Source: an uncultured bacterium
Lineage (GTDB): Bacteria > Lernaellota > Lernaellaia > Lernaellales > Lernaellaceae
Reading direction: 5' to 3'
Assembly (NCBI GenBank): GCA_964534375.1
Contig: CAZHPN010000197.1
Span: 1 to 10,558 of the forward strand
Length of the DNA stretch: 10,558 nt
Shown piece by piece: positions 1-5,399 of the stretch (within the stretch, counting starts at the first letter, position 1; each line of letters opens with the position of its first letter). The notes beneath the pieces are model-generated. The model was not told the DNA's origin. It saw only the letters and a list, made by a program, of their open reading frames with translations, and made no database searches. The position numbers and the translations under genes are program-made.

Positions 1-352
1 CCAGTAGAGGTTGTGGTGGCGGTCGCTTCGCGGCACAACGGCGCTTAGGCTCGATTGATTGGCAGGCAATTTTTTGTTTTTGCCGCCGAGCTAGCGTTGC
101 CAGCCACCTCTGCGGCGGGATACCCGGGCGGGATCCCCGTCTTCGGCAGAATGAAGCCGCGGTTGACGTTGATTCCGCCGGCGTGTGAAATCTGTTCCAA
201 GAACAATCATCGCGAGATTCATTGGAAAAACGTTTGCGGCCAAAAAGGAGGCTGGAGATGAGAAGGGGCGGCTGTGGCAGGCGGTCCCGGCGCGGGGCGA
301 GTTGCGGACCCGCGTTGCACCATTCGTTCATGGCGTCTGGGGGCTTATGTCA

Positions 353-368
353 TGTGTACCCGGAATTC
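353..368 (+). repeat. Dispersed motif copy 1, TGTGTACCCGGAATTC
   Basis: Near match to 1164-1177 (TGTGTCCGGAATTC, both preceded by GTCR) and to the reverse complement of 724-738 (TGTGTCCCCGAGTTC). Confidence 0.6.
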
Positions 369-510
369 AACAGACTAGCTATCATGGCCGGGTGATTTCA
401 AAGATGGGGGTCCGGGAAGCACGAATGAGCCGCGCCTGGCCGGGGCGACGATTAAGCCATTTTGTCAGGGCCTCTAATTCCGAACTAGGTTCCGGCCATT
501 CGGGGGCAAT

Positions 511-711
511 ATGAAAGATCTTTTTGTACGCGCTGTCGCCGTCACAATGGGCTTTGCCTTGGCGCATTTCGGTTTTCAACTCGTTATCGGCGGTCATCGG
601 TGGGGGGACGCCGCTGTCACGACGCTCGATCAATTCGTTGCCGTCTTGATATATGCCGGGGTTTCAGCCCTCGCCATGCGCCGGGCTAAACGCGAGGATT
701 CGCCCAAGTGA
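511..711 (+). CDS. Small hypothetical membrane protein, 66 aa, two predicted TM helices
   Basis: ATG start with GGGGG at 502-506. Two hydrophobic stretches (AVAVTMGFALAHFGFQLVIG; FVAVLIYAGVSALAM) joined by GGHRWGD, then a charged tail RRAKREDSPK. Unlike the Arg/Pro/Ala-rich shadow ORFs. Confidence 0.75.
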   Translation: MKDLFVRAVAVTMGFALAHFGFQLVIGGHRWGDAAVTTLDQFVAVLIYAGVSALAMRRAKREDSPK

Positions 712-723
712 AATTCGAGTTCG

Positions 724-738
724 GAACTCGGGGACACA
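724..738 (-). repeat. Dispersed motif copy 2 (inverted), + strand GAACTCGGGGACACA
   Basis: Reverse complement TGTGTCCCCGAGTTC resembles copies 1 and 3. Starts 12 nt after the stop of the 66-aa gene and overlaps hairpin CGAGTT-CGG-AACTCG (716-730). Confidence 0.55.
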
Positions 739-1163
739 GCCGAATGGCGCTACGTTAACGGTTTTTCGTATTTGTTTCGGTGCATCGTCTTAAAAAACTC
801 GCATCAAGGCCGATTGAGCAATTAGGGGTTTTCTCCCGTCGTTTGAGCGCGCGGGGTTGGACGCGGTTGGGGCGGCAAGGGCGGCGATCGGCGGCGACTT
901 GGCGCAAGAGGAAGGCGCAAGCAACCGCGGCGTCCGCGGCGACGCGAAGGATGCACGAGGGCGACGATGGCGCTTTCGAAACGCACGCGGCAGCGGTCGG
1001 TTCGCCGCGTGAAATTGCGCGAATCCGTCGCCGCACTCCGCGATTCCGCGCGCTCCGCGCGAGCTTCTGACATGCACGCCGTGGGCGACAACGGCACAAT
1101 ATTGCATTACAGTGGGCCGTGAATTTGCGGCGAACGCCGGCGGACCAGGCGCGAGTCGAGTCG

Positions 1164-1186
1164 TGTGTCCGGAATTCTCCCGGACA
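1164..1186 (+). repeat. Dispersed motif copy 3 (1164-1177) within hairpin TGTCCGG-AATTCTC-CCGGACA
   Basis: Perfect 7-bp stem 1166-1172/1180-1186; GTCGTGTGTCCGGAATTC aligns to 349-368 with one mismatch and a 2-nt gap. Confidence 0.55.
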
Positions 1187-1208
1187 GCCCCCGCGGCGCC
1201 GATGCGCG

Positions 1209-1233
1209 GGAAATTTCGGTTCCCGAAATTTCC
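1209..1233. terminator. Perfect 11-bp inverted repeat; candidate terminator or 3' stem of the glycosyltransferase transcript
   Basis: GGAAATTTCGG-TTC-CCGAAATTTCC, 23 nt past the minus-strand stop at 1257. No U-tract, so the terminator role is uncertain. Confidence 0.45.
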
Positions 1234-1256
1234 GCGGCGGGGTCAGCGCGGCGAAA

Positions 1257-2825
1257 TCAGACGCTCGGCGGTTCGATCTCCGCGTCCCTCGCCGGGCACT
1301 GCCAAATCGTCATCGTGAGCGATTCGAGGCCGTGCGGCGGTGATTCCGGATGGTTTTGCCAGAAGAGCCCGATGCCGCCGTACGTTTTCTTGACGCAGCC
1401 CTCGAGCAAGACATCCGACACGTTGCGTTCGTCCGGCCAGGGGTTTTTCACAACGATATAGGCGCCGGCGGGGCGGATGGTCTGGTCGGCCGGCGAGACC
1501 TTTACGGCGACTTTCCGGCCCAGATAATAAATCAATTCGAGATTGTGGATCACGTCTTCGATCACCACCGTCGGATAGGTTTTGGTCAAATCCGTGATGA
1601 TCCGCAGGGCTTCGCGCTGCGGGTTTGGCTGCGGCGGATGGCGGTAATACTCGTACCGGTCGCGAAACTGGTCGCGCACCTTTTGGAAATCGGCCAGGCC
1701 GTCGAGCGGGGCGATCAGCGCGGTCGCGACGAGCAGGACGATCGCCTGCCGCCGCCACAGCGCCAGGCCGCGCCCGCAAATCACGGCGCCGACGGGCAGC
1801 ATCCAGACGAAATAGCGATAAAAGAACGAACCGCCGGTGAGATAAAAGACGCCGTGCGGAAACAGCGACAGCAGCACGCACGAGAGCAGCGCCATCCAGA
1901 CCGGGAAATAGGAGTATTCGCGCGAGGCCAGCGGCAGCGCGCCGAGCAGCAGGAGAAATGGGTAAAACGCCGCGCTCTCCAGGAAACAGGCGGCGAGATG
2001 GTGGGGAATCTTGGCCGGTTCGTACAGCGCCAGCAGGCCGGTGCGGCCGGCGTACAGGAACAGGAAGCAGGGGATCACCAGCGCCGCGCAACCGACGATC
2101 ACCCGCACCCAAGGGATGGGGCCGTTCCACGGCAGGTTCTTCTTGCGCGCCCAGCCGCGCGCCAGCAGATCGTAACAGAACAGCGCGCCGAAAAGCGGCG
2201 GCGGCAGCAGTTGCGTCGCGTGAAACGCCAGCAAGGCGCAGACGCACAACCAAAACCAATGCAGCCGCCCGTCGCGCACCAGGAGGTAAACCGACATCGT
2301 GCCGAGAAAGATCCCCATCACCAGCACGTAATAGCGGCATTCGCGGCAATATTGCAGATATTGCGGCTGGATCGCGAGCACGAGCGCGCCGAACAGGCCG
2401 GAAACCCAGCCGTACAAACGCCGGCCGAGCAGCGCGGTCAGCGCGACGATCAGCCCGCCGATCAGCACGAACGGCAGCCGGCCGTTCCATTCGGACACGC
2501 CGAGCAGGCCGAAGCCCAGCGAACATACGGCATATTGCAGCCAGCCGTGCGCCGATTCCACGTGCAGGAAATTGGCGTCGAACGGGCCGACTTCCAGATT
2601 GCTCAGGCCGTAATCGACGTATGGCAGGCCGCGCTGCAACGTGTTGAGCGTGAACACGGCCGTCGCGGATTCGTCGTTCCAAAACGTCAATTCGCCGAGG
2701 CCAGGCAGAATCAGGAAAAAATACAGACCGAGAATCAGCGCCAGGCCGAGCCAGAACAACGGCCGGCGACGGGCCTGGATCGCGGCCGCGGCGGTTTTCC
2801 ATCGTTGATTGGCGTTCGCCGGCAT
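1257..2825 (-). CDS. GT-C superfamily integral membrane glycosyltransferase (ArnT/PMT_2, GT39/GT83-like), 522 aa
   Basis: N-terminal TM helix followed by FWNDE (acidic DE motif of GT-C loop 1), WNGRLPFVLIG, ECRYY motif, many TM segments and a soluble C-terminal domain. Confidence 0.85.
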   Translation of the reverse strand: MPANANQRWKTAAAAIQARRRPLFWLGLALILGLYFFLILPGLGELTFWNDESATAVFTLNTLQRGLPYVDYGLSNLEVGPFDANFLHVESAHGWLQYAVCSLGFGLLGVSEWNGRLPFVLIGGLIVALTALLGRRLYGWVSGLFGALVLAIQPQYLQYCRECRYYVLVMGIFLGTMSVYLLVRDGRLHWFWLCVCALLAFHATQLLPPPLFGALFCYDLLARGWARKKNLPWNGPIPWVRVIVGCAALVIPCFLFLYAGRTGLLALYEPAKIPHHLAACFLESAAFYPFLLLLGALPLASREYSYFPVWMALLSCVLLSLFPHGVFYLTGGSFFYRYFVWMLPVGAVICGRGLALWRRQAIVLLVATALIAPLDGLADFQKVRDQFRDRYEYYRHPPQPNPQREALRIITDLTKTYPTVVIEDVIHNLELIYYLGRKVAVKVSPADQTIRPAGAYIVVKNPWPDERNVSDVLLEGCVKKTYGGIGLFWQNHPESPPHGLESLTMTIWQCPARDAEIEPPSV

Positions 2826-2833
2826 CGCTGGCC

Positions 2834-2862
2834 ACTATTGTCGAAAGGCCGCGGAGCGTCAA
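2834..2862 (-). promoter_or_regulatory. Candidate sigma70-type promoter for the glycosyltransferase (TTGACG-N17-AATAGT), possibly leaderless
   Basis: Minus-strand -35 at 2862-2857 and weak -10 at 2839-2834, ending 8 nt before ATG 2825; no Shine-Dalgarno visible. Confidence 0.4.
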
Positions 2863-2876
2863 CCGCGCGCCGCCGG

Positions 2877-2906
2877 TTGACACGCGTTTAACCGATCTTC
2901 TACCAT
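2877..2906 (+). promoter_or_regulatory. Sigma70-type promoter for the radical SAM gene (TTGACA-N18-TACCAT)
   Basis: Consensus -35 at 2877-2882 and -10-like TACCAT at 2901-2906 in the divergent intergenic region. Confidence 0.6.
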
Positions 2907-2981
2907 CGACAAACCAAACCTGCGCGCCCGGGGGCATCGGCCGGGAAAATCGGCGGGCGCGACGCCGGATCGAGGTTGAAT

Positions 2982-4376
2982 TTGCCACGCGTATTGCTGC
3001 TGAATCCGCCCGGGCGAATTTCGTACATTCGCGACAATTACTGCAGCTATTCGTCGAAGGCGAATTACTTCTGGGAGCCGATCGACCTGCTCGTGCAAAG
3101 CGCGATGCTGCAAGAGCGGTGCGAACTGACGATGCTCGACGCGGTCGCCGAGTCGCTGACCGCCGAGCAGACGCTCGCCCGCGTGCGCGGCCAGCGGTTC
3201 GACGCGATCCTGTCGCTGGTAGGCAGCATTTCGCTCGCCGAAGACGCCGAGCTGTTCGCGCAACTGAAAAAGGAAACCGGCGCCGTCGTCGCGGCGAGCG
3301 GCGATCTGACGTTGGCCGAGCCGGAGAAGACGATCGAGCGCATCCCCGCGCTCGACGTGGCGCTGCTCGACTACACCACGCCCGATTTTGCCGACTGGCT
3401 CGGCCGCAACGGCGACCGCGACGCCACGCCCTACGGCTCGCTGGCGCGCCGCATCGGCGGCCGGATCGTGCCGCCCGATCCGGCGCTGGCGCCGGGGCGC
3501 GAGTTTGCGTATCCGCCGCCGCCGCACACGCTGTTTCCGATCGACCGCTACCGCATCTCGACGAGCCTGGATAAGCGGTTCGTGACGTGCATTGCGTCGC
3601 TCGGCTGCAACATGCGCTGCCCGTTTTGCATTTGCAGCCTGATCCGCCTGCGCCTGCGGTCGATCGATTCGTTGCTCGCCGAACTGCGGCAGGTGCGCGG
3701 CATGGGCATCCGTGAAATCTACTTTTACGATCCGCATTTCACCGCCGACCGCAAACAATGCGGCGAACGGCTGCAGGCGATGATCGCGGCGAAGCTGGGC
3801 ACGGTGTTTTCCTGCAACGCGCACATCAAGGTGGACGAGGACACGCTCGACCAGCTCAAGGCCGCCGGCTGCCACACGTTGATGTTCGGCATCGAAAACG
3901 CCACCGACGAGGTGCTGCAGCGCTACAACAAGGGCATCACACGCGAAAAAATCCGCACGACGCTCGAACGCTGCGTCAAGCGCGGCATCCGCACGTTCGG
4001 CTATTTTCTGCTCGGTCTGCCGGGCGAAAGCGAACAGACGATCGTCGACACCATCCGCTTCGCGTCCGAGCTGCCGCTGAATTACGCTTCGTTCAATCTG
4101 CCGAGTCCGGTCGTGGGCACGCAGCTTTATCGCGACGCGGACGCCGCGGGCGAACTGCGCCACGACAAGCCCTACTACGACCGCTCCACCGAAGCCGCCT
4201 TGACCTTGCCCGGCCTGTCGGAAGAACGGCTGCTGGAACTGAAACGGCTGGCGTACCGGCGCTTCTACCTGCGCCCGTGGAAGGCGCTGAAAAACTTCCG
4301 CGCGCTCTACCCGCGCAACAAATGGGGCTATTTCCTCAAAGACGTTTGGATTTTTTTGAAGCGGAACATGGTGTAG
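2982..4376 (+). CDS. Cobalamin-binding-domain radical SAM protein (BchE/HpnJ/class B methyltransferase-like architecture)
   Basis: CxxxCxxC motif SLGCNMRCPFC about 200 aa in. N-terminal VLLLNPP...PIDLL Rossmann-like B12-binding region; later AGCHTLMFGIE, FLLGLPGES and PVVGTQLY motifs. Start placed at TTG 2982 (GAGG at 2972-2975); TTG 2976 is the alternative. Confidence 0.88.
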   Translation: MPRVLLLNPPGRISYIRDNYCSYSSKANYFWEPIDLLVQSAMLQERCELTMLDAVAESLTAEQTLARVRGQRFDAILSLVGSISLAEDAELFAQLKKETGAVVAASGDLTLAEPEKTIERIPALDVALLDYTTPDFADWLGRNGDRDATPYGSLARRIGGRIVPPDPALAPGREFAYPPPPHTLFPIDRYRISTSLDKRFVTCIASLGCNMRCPFCICSLIRLRLRSIDSLLAELRQVRGMGIREIYFYDPHFTADRKQCGERLQAMIAAKLGTVFSCNAHIKVDEDTLDQLKAAGCHTLMFGIENATDEVLQRYNKGITREKIRTTLERCVKRGIRTFGYFLLGLPGESEQTIVDTIRFASELPLNYASFNLPSPVVGTQLYRDADAAGELRHDKPYYDRSTEAALTLPGLSEERLLELKRLAYRRFYLRPWKALKNFRALYPRNKWGYFLKDVWIFLKRNMV

Positions 4377-4380
4377 GAGA

Positions 4381-4567
4381 ATTTCGGATTGCGGATTGCG
4401 GATTGCGGATTGCCGGCCGGACATTCGCCATTGCCGAATGCGGAATGCCGGCCGGCCGGACATTCGCCATTCGCCATTCGCCATTCGCCATTCGCCATTC
4501 GCCAACACGGAATGCGGAATGGCCGACCCGCCACTCGTAACTCGTAACTCGTCACTCGTAACTCGTC
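4381..4567. repeat. Intergenic mosaic of heptamer tandem repeats
   Basis: ATTGCGG-type x~5 (4381-4415, three exact), GAATGCG/C x2 (4436-4449), CATTCGC x6 exact (4461-4502), CGGAATG x2 (4508-4521), ACTCGTA/C x5 (4533-4567). A 21-bp direct repeat GCCGGCCGGACATTCGCCATT occurs at 4412-4432 and 4451-4471. Confidence 0.95.
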
Positions 4568-4596
4568 TTGCGCCTCGCGTCGCGCCCGATTAACAT
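4568..4596 (+). promoter_or_regulatory. Candidate sigma70-type promoter for the SDR-peptidase pair (TTGCGC-N17-TAACAT)
   Basis: -35-like 4568-4573 and -10-like 4591-4596 with a 17-nt spacer, upstream of RBS AAGGAG at 4616-4621. Confidence 0.5.
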
Positions 4597-4627
4597 GGCG
4601 CTCCCTCATCCGCCAAAGGAGTTTTGC

Positions 4628-5383
4628 ATGGAAAAGAAATTTGCCGACCGAGTTGCGATCGTCACCGGCGCGAGCCGCGGCATCGGCGAACAGATCGCCA
4701 AGCGGCTGGCCGCCGACGGCGCGAAAGTCGTGCTGGCCTCGCGCAAGGCCGAACCGCTCGAGGCGCTGGCGAAAACGATCAAGGAAGCCGGCGGCGAGGC
4801 GCTCGCCGTGCCGACGCACGTGGGCAAGTCCGACCAACTGCAGGCGCTGGTCGACAAAACGCTGGCCGCGTACGGCAAGATCGACATCCTCGTGAATAAC
4901 GCCGGCACGAACCCGATTTTCGGGCCGACGCTGTTCTGCGACGAAAGCGCGATGAAGAAGATCTTCGAAGTCAATCTTTTCGGGCCGTTCCTGCTGGCCA
5001 AAGCGTGCCTGCCGTCGATGCAGAAGAGCAAGTACGGCAAGATCATCAACCTCAGCAGCACCTCGGGCATCAAGGTTCCGCCGATGCTGGGCATGTACGG
5101 CATCAGCAAGGCCGGCGTGATCATGATGACCAAAGTGCTGGCCGCCGAATGGGGCATCTTCGGCGTGCGCGTCAACTGCGTGGCGCCGGGCGTGGTCAAG
5201 ACCGATTTCTCGGCCGCGCTGTGGGGCTCCGACGAAATCCTCAAGCAGGTGCTGGCCGGGCAGGCGTTCAATCAATTGATGCAGCCGCCGGACATCGTCG
5301 GCGCCGTGTCGTTCCTGGCCGGGCCCGAGTCGGATTTCATCACCGGGCACACGCTGGTGGTCGACGCCGGCGCGATTCTGTGA
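4628..5383 (+). CDS. Classical short-chain dehydrogenase/reductase (DHRS4/FabG-like), 251 aa
   Basis: TGASRGIG cofactor motif, NNAG, catalytic Ser region (NLSSTSG), YGISK (YxxxK), RVNCVAPG and ITGHTLVVDAG. ATG 4628 with AAGGAG RBS. ASRK after beta-2 suggests NADP(H). Confidence 0.95.
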   Translation: MEKKFADRVAIVTGASRGIGEQIAKRLAADGAKVVLASRKAEPLEALAKTIKEAGGEALAVPTHVGKSDQLQALVDKTLAAYGKIDILVNNAGTNPIFGPTLFCDESAMKKIFEVNLFGPFLLAKACLPSMQKSKYGKIINLSSTSGIKVPPMLGMYGISKAGVIMMTKVLAAEWGIFGVRVNCVAPGVVKTDFSAALWGSDEILKQVLAGQAFNQLMQPPDIVGAVSFLAGPESDFITGHTLVVDAGAIL

Positions 5384-5399
5384 ACGAGGCGGCCGCACG

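Noticed and set aside
1..48. Possible 3' end of an upstream CDS (PVEVVVAVASRHNGA*)
   Set aside because: Only 15 codons and no recognisable motif.
10..60. Integron attC-like look (CGCTTCGCGGC...GCTTAG; GTTGTG/CACAAC inverted repeat)
   Set aside because: No GTTRRRY R' box at the proper distance and no RYYYAAC R'' visible; the window edge prevents a full test.
185..514. 109-aa ORF whose stop overlaps the 66-aa gene start (ATGA)
   Set aside because: No RBS and no protein-like features, and it crosses motif copy 1; ATGA overlaps arise by chance.
755..1343. Several short ORFs in the 711-1257 gap, examined as possible Y1 transposase remnants
   Set aside because: Arg/Ala/Pro-rich GC noise; no HuH or other transposase motif recognised.
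4381..4567. CRISPR array, or coding repeats (MANGEWR, SAIRNPQ, ELRVTSY in the ORF track)
   Set aside because: Units are 7 nt with no unique spacers; the peptide repeats are just translations of heptamer arrays in shadow ORFs.
4568..4627. N-terminal extension of the SDR from TTG 4568
   Set aside because: ATG 4628 has a strong AAGGAG RBS and gives the normal SDR N-terminus; the upstream stretch looks like a promoter.
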